From the IMG/VR virus record IMGVR_UViG_3300048606_000120, positions 32,001-96,000 of that record: a stretch of DNA of 64,000 bases; one strand, 5' to 3'. The first letter of the stretch is position 1. The number at the start of each line of letters is the position of its first letter. This document shows, piece after piece, positions 38,282 to 48,043 of the stretch. The notes under the pieces are model-generated. The model was not told where the DNA came from and ran no database searches. It worked only from the letters and a program-made list of their open reading frames with translations. Source of the stretch: a virus. Lineage: Duplodnaviria > Caudoviricetes. A program made the position numbers and the translations under genes.

Positions 38282-39025
38282 ATGGGTCAGCTGGATTGGG
38301 GCAACTTGAGCGGCGCTTTGACGACCGATGATGCCGTCAGCGGTCCCACAGCGGGCACGACTCCGCCGTCAGGCGGAGGAACGTACGTGTTCGGCATGAA
38401 GGCCGTGCAGAACGTCGTCGGGGTTGTCGGCAAGTACTGCTTGCAGACGAACTTTTCACCAACGCTCACCGGGAAAGGTGGGCGCATCTCCGGAGCACTG
38501 CGCAAGTCATCCGTCGGAGCAGCCAGCGGGTTTTCGCCGTTCCTGTTCTTTGCTGCAGGCGGCACAGCGGTCTCTGACAATGCGTACTTGCTGGGCCTGT
38601 CGGACGAGAACCCGAGCCACATCGAGCTGCGCAAGGGCGCTATCTCGGAGGGGCTGCCGGCGATCGTGGCTCTCGATCCCGATGCCAGCCCGAATGTCCT
38701 GATGCGCTCGACCGATGTGTTTCCTGCCGACACGTGGCAGCACCTGCGACTCGACGTGGTGATTCAGGGCACTGGCGACGTCATCTTGCAGGTCTATCGC
38801 AGCGACTTGGCCCTGCACAACGTCAGCAGCCCCTCCTGGGCGCTTGTGCCGGGCATGGAAGGGCCGCACTACCCAACGTTCGCCGGGTTCGTCGACGACG
38901 TCCTGGGCGTCAACACAGGCTCGCCGCCGTATGCCGCTGGCGGGCGCATCGGCTTCGCATCGCGGTTCAGCACGGCGAACCGGGCGGCCTACTTCGATCA
39001 AATTTCGGTCGAACGTCAACTTTAG
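38282..39025 (+). CDS. Hypothetical beta-sandwich virion protein
   Basis: WQHLRLDV, GRIGF, AYFDQISV resemble a concanavalin-like fold. Confidence 0.65.
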   Translation: MGQLDWGNLSGALTTDDAVSGPTAGTTPPSGGGTYVFGMKAVQNVVGVVGKYCLQTNFSPTLTGKGGRISGALRKSSVGAASGFSPFLFFAAGGTAVSDNAYLLGLSDENPSHIELRKGAISEGLPAIVALDPDASPNVLMRSTDVFPADTWQHLRLDVVIQGTGDVILQVYRSDLALHNVSSPSWALVPGMEGPHYPTFAGFVDDVLGVNTGSPPYAAGGRIGFASRFSTANRAAYFDQISVERQL

Positions 39026-39027
39026 AA

Positions 39028-39048
39028 AGTTGTAACCTCGAGGTTACA
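39028..39048. repeat. Dispersed palindrome copy 4 (18-bp perfect core 39031-39048)
   Basis: AGTTGTAACCTCGAGGTTACA in a 26-bp intergenic gap. Confidence 0.95.
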
Positions 39049-39051
39049 GGT

Positions 39052-39537
39052 TTGAACCCCTTCACGAAGGACCTGGGAGTCCATCAAGGACGGATCGTTC
39101 GAGCGGATGCGCCGGAGGGCTCCTACGTCTACGAGCTCGGTCACGCACTGTTGCAGGGTGTGAACGTCGATGTCGGCGACTATCACGAGGTTGCGCAGAC
39201 CTTCGTGATGGATAACCAGGCTCACCTCGTACGGGCGACGATCAGGGTGGTGACTCCTCCGATTTTGCCGATCGGCTCCTCTTGGGAAGTCTCGGCGTGG
39301 CTGCGGGGCGTGAAGATGGTGCGGCGCGTGTTGCGCCCATCCAAGAGGGTCGTCGAGCTCAGCGACTGGCGGATTCGGCTGCGCGCTCTCGGCGTGGACG
39401 AAGATCCGAACATCGAGGTGAAGTTTCGCTTGGAGCTGGTTGAAGGCGGCGGTGTTGTTCCCGAGGACTCCTTCACGGACGACGACGGCGACTCGTTGGT
39501 CGATGACGATGATGACGACTATCTGACGGAGTCCTGA
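39052..39537 (+). CDS. Hypothetical virion protein with an acidic tail
   Basis: TTG start 7 nt after the GAGGT inside palindrome copy 4; fills the gap to the next gene. Confidence 0.55.
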   Translation: MNPFTKDLGVHQGRIVRADAPEGSYVYELGHALLQGVNVDVGDYHEVAQTFVMDNQAHLVRATIRVVTPPILPIGSSWEVSAWLRGVKMVRRVLRPSKRVVELSDWRIRLRALGVDEDPNIEVKFRLELVEGGGVVPEDSFTDDDGDSLVDDDDDDYLTES

Positions 39538-39538
39538 C

Positions 39539-40861
39539 ATGCCGAAGCGGTTATCTACGAAGTTGAACAGCACTCTCGAGGTTGATGGCGCTGGCAAGTA
39601 CGGCGTTGCTGCAAGCGTGCAAGATCTCATCACCAGTGCCGGCACAGCAGCAAGCGCTGCCAGCACAGCAGCCAGTGCGGCCAGCACAGCAGCCAGTGCG
39701 GCCAACACAGCAGCAAGCGCTGCCAGCACAGCCGCCAGTACGGCGCAGTCTACCGCGAATGCAGCTGTTCCGAAGTCACTCTACGACGCCAACTCGCTGC
39801 TCACAGCTGACTTGGACAACACCCCAGCGGCTCTCATCGTGCCTGCGAGCACGATCGTAGGCCGCAAAGCATCTGGAGGCATCGCTGCAATCAGCGTCGC
39901 AGAGGCGCTGACGTTGCTGCAGGTATTGACCGAGACAACGTCTGACGCACGGTACGTGGCGAAGAGCTTGTTTGACGCCAACACGCTTCTTTATGCCACC
40001 TCAGACAACACTCCGGTCGCGTTGACCTTGCCCGCGAGCACGATCGTGGGCCGCAAATCATCTGGTGGGATCGTCGCTCTCACGGCCGCAGAGGTGCTCG
40101 CCATCATCGGCTTGAGCACTGCCGCTGGCAGTAAGCCGCTCTATGTGCCGCCTGGCACGCCTGAAGCGATCGATGAAGAGTTCGACTCGACCACGATGCC
40201 GGGTGGTTGGACGTGGCGAGACATCACGAACGCCGCAGACCGAACGCCGTCGTTCAACTCCATCGACATGTTCTCCACGCTGACCGGAACAGCCAGCCCA
40301 CGAGTCGCGCTCCACACCGATTGGCGTGCGAGCTGGATGATGTGGCAGGTCGCAGACGCTGGCTATCACTACGCCACGAAGCCGATCGGCACTGTGCCGA
40401 CGAACGCGTGTTACTGGAGCCGGATACGGCTGCCGTGGCTGGAAGGAAACGCCGCTAACCCGAGTCGGATGCAGCTGATCATTGCAGCCGACAGCAGCGG
40501 GAAGGTCGATCCGTTGAATCAGATTTGCGTTGGTCCGTTCAACGTCGGCGGCGTGCCCCGCATCAGCTCGCTCTACTACTTCAACAGCGCGTCGCCCATC
40601 GGCCAGGAAGACTCAGAGGTTTGGGGTGCCAACAGCCCGCCGCCCGAGTACTTCGCGATCCAAAAGTTCGGAACCACGTACTTCTGCCACTTCGCTAGCG
40701 AAGCCGGGGCCGGGCGTTGCTCTATCAATTTCAACGTGAGTTTCACGCCGGCGCACATCGGTTGGCGCGTGATCGCGGGACCGGCTGGCTCGCAGTTTCC
40801 GGTCGCGGTGTTCGGCGTTGACTTCTTGCGGCGACTCACTGGCTCGAAGCTGCCATGGTGA
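39539..40861 (+). CDS. Tail fibre-like protein
   Basis: Heptad Ala/Ser/Thr repeats, a duplicated KSL(Y/F)DAN...PASTIVGRK.SGGI unit and a C-terminal globular domain. Confidence 0.7.
   Translation: MPKRLSTKLNSTLEVDGAGKYGVAASVQDLITSAGTAASAASTAASAASTAASAANTAASAASTAASTAQSTANAAVPKSLYDANSLLTADLDNTPAALIVPASTIVGRKASGGIAAISVAEALTLLQVLTETTSDARYVAKSLFDANTLLYATSDNTPVALTLPASTIVGRKSSGGIVALTAAEVLAIIGLSTAAGSKPLYVPPGTPEAIDEEFDSTTMPGGWTWRDITNAADRTPSFNSIDMFSTLTGTASPRVALHTDWRASWMMWQVADAGYHYATKPIGTVPTNACYWSRIRLPWLEGNAANPSRMQLIIAADSSGKVDPLNQICVGPFNVGGVPRISSLYYFNSASPIGQEDSEVWGANSPPPEYFAIQKFGTTYFCHFASEAGAGRCSINFNVSFTPAHIGWRVIAGPAGSQFPVAVFGVDFLRRLTGSKLPW
39643..39745 (+). repeat. Imperfect 21-bp tandem repeat encoding (TAASAAS)n, about 5 units
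   Basis: cacagcagc(a/c)ag(c/t)gc(t/g)gccag units. Confidence 0.85.
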
Positions 40862-41060
40862 TCAGAACGGATCGTGCACGGGTTGGCCTGGCTCAGGCCA
40901 AGGCGGCAACTCGCGACGCTCTGCTTGGTAGACGTGGAGCAGAACTGCGATCGTGAGCATAACCACTGCCATCATGCTCACGATTAGCCACTTGAGAGCC
41001 ACGCTGCTGATCTGAACCTTGACCATGGGCGGAGTGTGCCAGAACTGGGAGGGTTTTTGA

Positions 41061-42731
41061 ATGCTGCAGCTACCTTCTATCCAGCTCGACCAAGTCGAGC
41101 AAGACTTCCTCTCGGCGGCTCCTGCGCAGGTCATCTCCGCTGACGGCCCGTTCGAACTCGTCGATGGCGACACGTTGATCGTCACCTTTGACGGCATCCC
41201 CGCAACGATCACATTCGTGGCAGCTGCGTTTGCCGACATTGCCACGGCGACCGTCAGCGAGGTGATCGCCGCTGTGCGCCCAACTGCCGAAAGTGCCAGC
41301 GGTCAAGTGTTCGCGAGCGGCTCGGCGTTCGGGCTCCGGACATCGAACTACGGCGCGCTGAGCGTGTTGGGAATAGGCGCCGGCACGGCGAACGCTGCTC
41401 TCGGGCTCAGCCCCGATGTCATCACGGGAACCGACGCTGAGGACGTGTTGGTAGCGAACCGCAATCCGCAGCCTGGCGAGGTGCAGGTTCCTCTCGAAGC
41501 AGACGTCGAGTTCGACTACATCCGAGCCGATGAGTCGCCGCTGCCCGCCAACTCGACGTTCAGGGTGTGGATCAACGGAGTCCTTGTCTGGAATGCCGCT
41601 GGTTTCCAAGCCGGTCGGTTCGGGTTAGTCAGCAACGGCTTGCCTGATGACGGCACGATTCGCTTCAGCATCCAGGGCAACAACTTCACCAGCGGCCAGC
41701 TGGTAACAGTGATCGTCGATCAAGGAACAGGCGACTTTCAAGAGACGTGGTCATTCGTTGCATACGACACGCAGCCGCCGCTATTGGCTGCAGTGCAAGC
41801 GGTGAACAAAGACCAAGTACGGGTTACATTCAACGAGCCCGTTATGATGATCAGCTCTGCGATTGAAGGCGATGCGCTCAACCCCGACAGCTACTTCATC
41901 GAGCGAGTGAGTCGACCTGCAGCTACGCCTGGGGTGGTTACCGTGCATCCTGTGAGCGAGACGGTTGTCCTGCTCACTACGTCGTTCGAGCTCACGTTCG
42001 GAGCTCAGTACATGCTGGTCGTGACCGGCATCTCGGACGAGTTCGGCAACGTGTTCTTGCCACCCGACAACGTCGTCGCCTTCAGCGGATGGCTGCCGCC
42101 GTTCCCTCCAGGCCGGCAGTTTCTGCTTCACCGCTTCGTGCCCGCATTCGCGCTTGGCGAAGATGTGACCGACGATTTGCGACTGTTCCTTGGCTGCTTG
42201 CAAGACAGCACCAACCTGCTGCTGCACTTGATCGACAAGTGGGCCGAGATTCTCGATCCAGATCTCGCCCCCGAGACCTTCCTTGATCAGATGCTGGAGG
42301 ACCTCGGTAATCCGTTCGTGTTCGACCTGACGGTCGACTTAAAGCGGAAGCTGATCAAGGTGCTCGTACGCATCTATCAGCTGAAGGGGACTGTCCCGGG
42401 CATCATCGACGTGGTGCGCTTCTTTGTCGGAGTTGAAGTCACGGTCGAGGTGTTCAACGGGCTCGGATGGAAGCTTGGCTTCGACAAGCTCGTGGCTCAG
42501 CCGAATCCCGCGATCATCGGCGCTGGCGGGCGAGCTCGCTTTGCGTTTCGTGTTCGTGCCGACGTGATCCTGACCGATGTGCAGCGGGAGCAGATCGCGA
42601 CGATCGCGACCTACATGAAGGGAGCACAAGAGCACATGGTTGGCGTGCTTGACGCGACAGCTCCTCCGCTCACGTACAGGTTTTGGAAGCTCGGCTTCTC
42701 GCTGCTCGGACACGCCAAACTCGCGGCGTGA
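41061..42731 (+). CDS. Baseplate wedge / P2 gpI-like tail protein with N-terminal Ig-like domains
   Basis: DPDLAPETFLD.ML..LG, IYQLKGT..GI; DTQPP Ig-like domain. Confidence 0.8.
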   Translation: MLQLPSIQLDQVEQDFLSAAPAQVISADGPFELVDGDTLIVTFDGIPATITFVAAAFADIATATVSEVIAAVRPTAESASGQVFASGSAFGLRTSNYGALSVLGIGAGTANAALGLSPDVITGTDAEDVLVANRNPQPGEVQVPLEADVEFDYIRADESPLPANSTFRVWINGVLVWNAAGFQAGRFGLVSNGLPDDGTIRFSIQGNNFTSGQLVTVIVDQGTGDFQETWSFVAYDTQPPLLAAVQAVNKDQVRVTFNEPVMMISSAIEGDALNPDSYFIERVSRPAATPGVVTVHPVSETVVLLTTSFELTFGAQYMLVVTGISDEFGNVFLPPDNVVAFSGWLPPFPPGRQFLLHRFVPAFALGEDVTDDLRLFLGCLQDSTNLLLHLIDKWAEILDPDLAPETFLDQMLEDLGNPFVFDLTVDLKRKLIKVLVRIYQLKGTVPGIIDVVRFFVGVEVTVEVFNGLGWKLGFDKLVAQPNPAIIGAGGRARFAFRVRADVILTDVQREQIATIATYMKGAQEHMVGVLDATAPPLTYRFWKLGFSLLGHAKLAA

Positions 42732-42776
42732 GAGCGCAAATAGCGAACCGAGGCTGCGGGGTGGCAGCTTGTCGGG

Positions 42777-44492
42777 ATGGCGAACAGGTTCCACACCTAC
42801 TTCGGTCAGATCGTTACGCCGTCTGAGCTGAATGAGATCTTCGAGTCGTTGTTTAGTGGAATTGACCAGTTCGTCCAAGACTTCGGCTTCAGTGGTGTAG
42901 CGGTCGGCGCGGTCGCGACGCAGCACACGCCGCCGAACCTTACGGTCGACGTCAGTGGGCCTGCTGTCGTTTACGACCAGATGGCGAACCGCATGACGTT
43001 CGGCTCGCCGGTGGTGGTCAACTGCACTCTGGACGAGAACGGCAGCTCTACCTCGGTTGTTGGCGGCTCGAATCAGAAGTGGCTGTCGCTGTTCATCGAG
43101 TTCACGACGACGCCAAGCGATCCACGCACGGATGAGCTGGGCGCGACCGTCTACTACCGCAACGTCACTGGGTACCGGATCAACGTCGTGCAAGGCGCAG
43201 AGGCGCCGATCGGCACGCCGACGAGGCCTGCGCTGCGAGGCGACCAAATCTTGCTGGCTGACGTGCTGCTCGGGTTTTCGCCGGCCTCAATCGTGAACGC
43301 GGACATCTCGACGACTCGGACTCAGGTCATTTACGACTTGACCGGTTCGCCGAACTCCATCCGAGCTAGGAGCTTGGAAGACGTGTTGCAGTCGATGCTC
43401 GGCACGATCAACTCGTTCAGCGGAACGCTCGACACGGAAGCGTTCGACAGATCGACTGCCGACACTGCCTTGGGAGTTCTGATCTCCACGACGGCTGGAT
43501 CCGTCCGCACAGACGAAGCAGTTCGAGCGGAGGTCAACGCTCTTTTGAACTTTCGAGTGGTGGACACTGGCGGCGGGCAGGTGATCAACGCCGCTGCGAT
43601 GGACCTGGGCAACATCGTCGCTGTCGGTGCAGTTGGAACGATCATGTACTCGTTCGACGGCGGGCTCACGTGGAGTGCCAGCACTGCTGCCAACAGTCCG
43701 GCGAGCGGTGGTTCGACGTACAACGGCACCTTTTACGACGTCCTCTGGGTTACCACGCTCGCAAAGTTCGTCGCTGTAGGATCGCTTGGGGAGATCCAAA
43801 CGAGCCCGGACGGCGTCACCTGGACTCACCAAGTGAGCGGCGACGCGACTGACTTACACGCGATCGCATTCAACGGCACCACGCTGTGCACGATTGGCAA
43901 CTTGAGCGGCGCCGGCAAGTCGAAGGTTTCAACCAACGGCACTGCATGGTCGACTACGACTCAGGCATTTCAGTTTTCGCCGGCGCTCGCCGGGGGCTAC
44001 AGCTCTGGCCTGTTCGTGGCGCACGAAGCTGTGAGCGCTAACATGAAGAGCAGTCCGGATGGAGTGACGTGGACAACCCGCACGCTAGATGGCGCTCCTG
44101 TCATGACAGCCGGAGCAGGAAGCATCGGCTGGAGCTACACACAAGGCTTCCTCGTGGTGGGCGCCGTGACGACGCCTCGCATCATGCAGCAGTCGCCGAC
44201 CGGCACGGTGTGGACGTCGCTCCGCACGCCTGCGTCAACTGGCGCTACCAATCAGGTCCTTGTGACCGATCAAGCTGCTTATGCGCTGACGCAGCGTAAA
44301 ACCACAGCTTGGGTGGCAGTCGCTGGCGTGTCGAGCGGTAGTAGGGACTTCACCTCGCTCGGGCCAAGCACGTCGAGCACTCCCAGCAACGGCAAGCCGT
44401 CGTTGCTCAGGTGCAGCTCGCGATCACAGATGGCGTTCTTGCCGACAGGTACCGCGGGCATCGTTGGTCTCTCGCAGGCATGGGCTGCGTAG
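42777..44492 (+). CDS. Tail fibre with BNR-like (S.DG.TW) repeats
   Basis: F..YFGQIV...ELN N-terminus; SFDGGLTW, SPDGVTW (twice), STNGTAW, SPTGTVW. Confidence 0.8.
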   Translation: MANRFHTYFGQIVTPSELNEIFESLFSGIDQFVQDFGFSGVAVGAVATQHTPPNLTVDVSGPAVVYDQMANRMTFGSPVVVNCTLDENGSSTSVVGGSNQKWLSLFIEFTTTPSDPRTDELGATVYYRNVTGYRINVVQGAEAPIGTPTRPALRGDQILLADVLLGFSPASIVNADISTTRTQVIYDLTGSPNSIRARSLEDVLQSMLGTINSFSGTLDTEAFDRSTADTALGVLISTTAGSVRTDEAVRAEVNALLNFRVVDTGGGQVINAAAMDLGNIVAVGAVGTIMYSFDGGLTWSASTAANSPASGGSTYNGTFYDVLWVTTLAKFVAVGSLGEIQTSPDGVTWTHQVSGDATDLHAIAFNGTTLCTIGNLSGAGKSKVSTNGTAWSTTTQAFQFSPALAGGYSSGLFVAHEAVSANMKSSPDGVTWTTRTLDGAPVMTAGAGSIGWSYTQGFLVVGAVTTPRIMQQSPTGTVWTSLRTPASTGATNQVLVTDQAAYALTQRKTTAWVAVAGVSSGSRDFTSLGPSTSSTPSNGKPSLLRCSSRSQMAFLPTGTAGIVGLSQAWAA

Positions 44493-44513
44493 TCCGATTT
44501 TTGAAAGGGCACC

Positions 44514-44885
44514 ATGAACAGGTTTCTGAAGCAGTTGGCAGGAGCGACTGGGTTCCTCAAGACCACGATCGTCGGCGGCGATCACGTGCCGAGCGTGAGC
44601 GTCGACTTGCCGACGAGCTTCACTGTGTTCCAGGTCACTGTCGGCGTGACTGAAGTGCAGCTCACTGGGACCAGCACTCCCGTCAAAGCGGGCACGATCC
44701 TCAAGGCTGACCCTGCCAACACAGGCGTCATTTACGTGATCCTGCACAGCGGCACGACGAGCACAGGATTTCCGCTGTCTGCGGGCGACCCGCTGCCGGT
44801 GAACTTCGTCAACAACTTGAACGCGATCTATCTCATCGCGAGCGTGGCGAGCCAAAAGCTTGCGTGCATCGCTGGCCTGCCATGA
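44514..44885 (+). CDS. Hypothetical virion protein
   Basis: LKADPANTGVIY...GFPLSAGD beta-sandwich. Confidence 0.65.
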   Translation: MNRFLKQLAGATGFLKTTIVGGDHVPSVSVDLPTSFTVFQVTVGVTEVQLTGTSTPVKAGTILKADPANTGVIYVILHSGTTSTGFPLSAGDPLPVNFVNNLNAIYLIASVASQKLACIAGLP

Positions 44886-45652
44886 GCTGGGGCGACGGCA
44901 CAGACGAGCTCTTGCTCTGGCGCCGTAAGAAGACGAGCGTCTTGGCTGCTTCCGTGGTCGCGAGCAGCAAAGTCGCGCTCGATTTGATCTCGGACCTGGG
45001 CATCACGATCGCCACCGGCGTGTCGGCGTGGTCTGACCAGGGCCCTCGCGGTAACCACGTCGTGCAAGCCGCTACGGGCCAGCAGCCGCCGCTGGTGGCA
45101 GCTGTGCTCAATGGCCATCCGGCTCTGCGTCCTGACCTCAGCGACGATAACCTCGAACGTGCGGGCACGTTCACGGGCATAACCGCAGCGCAGACGGTGT
45201 ACGTATACACGATCTGCAACGATCGAGTTGGAACGGGAAACTATCGCGGCTGCCTCTACGACTTCAGCTTGGACGGCGGCGCGAATCATGGCCTGTCGCT
45301 CTTTCACTACGACACGAACCTCTGGGGCAGGCACAGCAACGCATCGGGCGGCACGAACAACATGCTTGTCACAGACGCGACTGTCGGGCCTCGCCTGTAC
45401 ACCCAGCGAATCGACACTGGCCAAATCGCGCTCGATATCAACAACACTCAAGTGTTCACGAGCGGCATCACTGACGGGATGCTGACTACGCCGACTTTCC
45501 TCAAGATCGGCAACATCTATGGCGGGGGCATCGGCAACGGCAACTTTGACATTTTCCGCATCATTGCTCTGTCCCCCAAGCCCACGGCACCCGAGCATGC
45601 AGCCATCCTCGCGATATTGAAGTCGCAATACCCGAGCATCGCGATCGCGTGA
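44882..45652 (+). CDS. LamG/concanavalin-like virion protein
   Basis: VSAWSDQG..GNH..Q...QP.....LNG.PAL motif. Confidence 0.7.
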   Translation: MSWGDGTDELLLWRRKKTSVLAASVVASSKVALDLISDLGITIATGVSAWSDQGPRGNHVVQAATGQQPPLVAAVLNGHPALRPDLSDDNLERAGTFTGITAAQTVYVYTICNDRVGTGNYRGCLYDFSLDGGANHGLSLFHYDTNLWGRHSNASGGTNNMLVTDATVGPRLYTQRIDTGQIALDINNTQVFTSGITDGMLTTPTFLKIGNIYGGGIGNGNFDIFRIIALSPKPTAPEHAAILAILKSQYPSIAIA

Positions 45653-46110
45653 TGAGAGCACTGACCATCGCTTCCATGCTGAGCGCGATCGGCTGCGCTG
45701 GGTCGGCCTCGCTCGACCGAGCCCAGATGGCTACTGACCTTACGCGCAGCTTGCTGACGCTCCTCGACGACACGTTCTCGCCGCTGTGGACCGCTGCGCT
45801 TGCGGCTGCGAACCGAGCCAATCCTGATGACGACGTCGCCTACCACGAGGCGATTGCGCCGCAGGAGCTGGTGTTCCACCTGATCGAGAAGGCTCGCCGA
45901 CAGCATGCTGTGCTCACGATCGCTGTTTCTCGCTGGGAGCAGACGGGCGACTCAAGTGCGTTTCAGCACGAGCTGCCTTGCGCGATCCGGACCTTCGACG
46001 AGCTCGCTCAAGCGCTTGCAGATGCTGACCTCGCCCAAGCGGTGCGAGCCGTGGACACAACGCTTCGAGACGTCATAGACGCTCCTGGCACGTGCACAGA
46101 GGCCCAATGA
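45649..46110 (+). CDS. Putative lipoprotein
   Basis: Signal peptide with lipobox-like AIGC. Confidence 0.55.
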   Translation: MMRALTIASMLSAIGCAGSASLDRAQMATDLTRSLLTLLDDTFSPLWTAALAAANRANPDDDVAYHEAIAPQELVFHLIEKARRQHAVLTIAVSRWEQTGDSSAFQHELPCAIRTFDELAQALADADLAQAVRAVDTTLRDVIDAPGTCTEAQ

Positions 46111-46301
46111 ACTGGGCCGCCATGCTCAAGCGAGTGCCTCGAGCGATCGGCGTGCTGCTCGGCGTCGACGTGCCTGTCGAGCCTGAGAAGCATGTGCAGG
46201 GCCCGCTGCCACCTTCGAAGGCTAGTCTGGCCTACGAGGAGATGCAGGCCAAGCGAGCCGCAGCGAAGAAGCCGGTTGACCCTGCAGGCGGCTCGCGATA
46301 G
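46107..46301 (+). CDS. Small hypothetical protein
   Basis: ATGA overlap with the previous gene. Confidence 0.5.
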   Translation: MNWAAMLKRVPRAIGVLLGVDVPVEPEKHVQGPLPPSKASLAYEEMQAKRAAAKKPVDPAGGSR

Positions 46302-46372
46302 CGTTTGCATTCGCTGACACTTCCTGGGCGGACGAGACAAGCTGGGCGCCGGAGAGTTGGGTGGCACGAGAG

Positions 46373-46603
46373 CTAGGCTCTCCGGCGCTTCAGTTTCCAC
46401 CGCGGTTGTTCTTCAGCAGCTCGAACAGTTCCATGGGCGTCATCAGACGCATCGTGCCTGCAGCGTCCAAGACCACCACGGCAGCGCCGCAGTGCTCGCA
46501 GATGCCGTAATCGCCAGACCTTCGGCCGAGGAGCGCCGACCGGGCTGTCGCCGATCATGCGCTTGCAGCGCGGGCACGGGTTGGGTGGATGCCGCTCGGT
46601 CAT
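46373..46603 (-). CDS. Small hypothetical protein
   Basis: CPRC motif; ATGA-coupled to the upstream minus-strand ORF. Confidence 0.35.
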   Translation of the reverse strand: MTERHPPNPCPRCKRMIGDSPVGAPRPKVWRLRHLRALRRCRGGLGRCRHDASDDAHGTVRAAEEQPRWKLKRRRA

Positions 46604-47131
46604 TGCGGTTCGCTAAGTGGCATCGGCACAGGACAATCGCCGCAGCAGCGCCGATAGATGTGCTTCTCGAGGATGTCGAAGCGCTCCATGGTCCGGCCCA
46701 TGCTGTAGACGACTGCGCCGCAGAGAAAGCCGATCAGCAGGGCCAGGCCGAGGATCGTGAACTGAATGCTGCGCACGCGTCGGCGAAACCACGCCACGCC
46801 AATCATCGAGAGCGCCGCGGTCCAAGCGTCATCGTCATCATCATCATTTGAAAAAGAAGCCTTGCCTCTCATCGCAGGTTCCTTTCGACGACCTCGAGCA
46901 GCATGTTCGCGGTCCGAGCGTTGACCACGTGGGGCTGCTGTGCGGCTCCAGGTCGGTCGTTTGATTTTCCCCGTGTGGAAGGAAGGGCCGATGTCTTCCG
47001 GGCAGCACGCGAGCGCCTCGCACGAGGACGGCGTGGTTTTGCACTGGCGACGCAAGTCGACTTTTTCTTGGGCATGGCTCGGAACCCCACTTACCCCAGA
47101 ATCGAGTGTGCGGTAAAGTCCGCTCAGTCGA

Positions 47132-47153
47132 AGTTGTAACCTCGAGGTTACAA
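47132..47153. repeat. Dispersed palindrome copy 5 (20-bp perfect core 47134-47153)
   Basis: AGTTGTAACCTCGAGGTTACAA. Confidence 0.95.
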
Positions 47154-47344
47154 GTTTTGAGCGATCGCCCCTGCAACCGCTTCCCGCTCATGCTGCTGAT
47201 CGCGGTCTTCGTGCTCAGCGTCACGGTCTTGCTCCAGGCCGATCGCGTCATTCGGCTAACAGCCAGGGTCGACTCGCTCGAACAGGAAGCCGTCACGATC
47301 CGCAAGCGCGAGCTCGCCGTCGGAGCCGCGACCCAGAGCTGCTG

Positions 47345-47686
47345 GTGAAGGCGTTCACGCCCGTGATCATCGAGAGCCGCTACGCCGGCAACGTCGAGCG
47401 CAACCTGCGCTACCTGCGAGCCTGCATGCGCGACTGCCTCTTGCGGGGCGAAGCGCCGCTCGCAAGTCACGCGCTCTACACCCAGTCGGGCGTGCTCGAC
47501 GACAGCGATCCGGTCGAGCGCGACATGGGCATCGCCGCCGGCTTCGCTTGGCGTCCACTCGCGACGCTGACGGTGTTCTACGTCGACCTTGGCTGGTCGA
47601 AGGGCATGCGGGAAGGACTGCTCGACTGCGAGATCCGAAAGCTGCCCTGGGAGGAGCGCCTGCTCGGCGGCGTGTGGAAGAGTTGA
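47345..47686 (+). CDS. Conserved phage protein, nucleoside-deoxyribosyltransferase-like (DUF4406/DUF7768-type)
   Basis: VIIES.YAG, GEAPLASH.LY, LDD....ER..G, YVDLGWS.GM. Confidence 0.65.
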   Translation: MKAFTPVIIESRYAGNVERNLRYLRACMRDCLLRGEAPLASHALYTQSGVLDDSDPVERDMGIAAGFAWRPLATLTVFYVDLGWSKGMREGLLDCEIRKLPWEERLLGGVWKS

Positions 47687-47689
47687 TCC

Positions 47690-48007
47690 CTCTTTTTCTC
47701 TCTTGAACGAGAGTGCAAGTCCAAGTGGATCTTCTCGGCTGAGCGAAAACGCCGCTGTCGGTTAACTCATGTTCCGAAGGAACATGAGTTGTAGATCGAT
47801 CAACCCTGAATCTGCTTCGCTCGCTCCGCTGCGCTCTCGCTGATTCAGAAGATCAAAAACATTCCGGGTTAGGGACTCCCGAAGGGAGAACCGTTAACCC
47901 CCGGTGGGGGGTTATTAGGGGGGAGGGACGTCGGTTTGTAAAGCGCAAACTGACATGCCCGATCTCGATTTCTGCAAAACTAAAATCTGTAACCTCGAGG
48001 TTACAAC
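47690..48007. promoter_or_regulatory. Non-coding hairpin cluster upstream of the replication genes (origin or regulatory candidate)
   Basis: Stems at 47764-47790, 47876-47888, 47895-47914 and 47930-47954; lower GC; no credible ORF. Confidence 0.55.
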
Positions 48008-48009
48008 TT
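47988..48009. repeat. Dispersed palindrome copy 6 (18-bp perfect core 47988-48005)
   Basis: TGTAACCTCGAGGTTACAACTT. Confidence 0.95.
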
Positions 48010-48043
48010 GTCCCTCCTGAGCTCGACGACGAAGTCGGTGCTC

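Noticed and set aside
17008-44492. Stand-alone extracellular contractile injection system or tailocin
   Set aside because: Portal, capsid and a full replication module are contiguous with the tail genes.
30803-45652. Diversity-generating retroelement or invertible fibre cassette
   Set aside because: No reverse transcriptase, invertase or template/variable repeat pair was seen.
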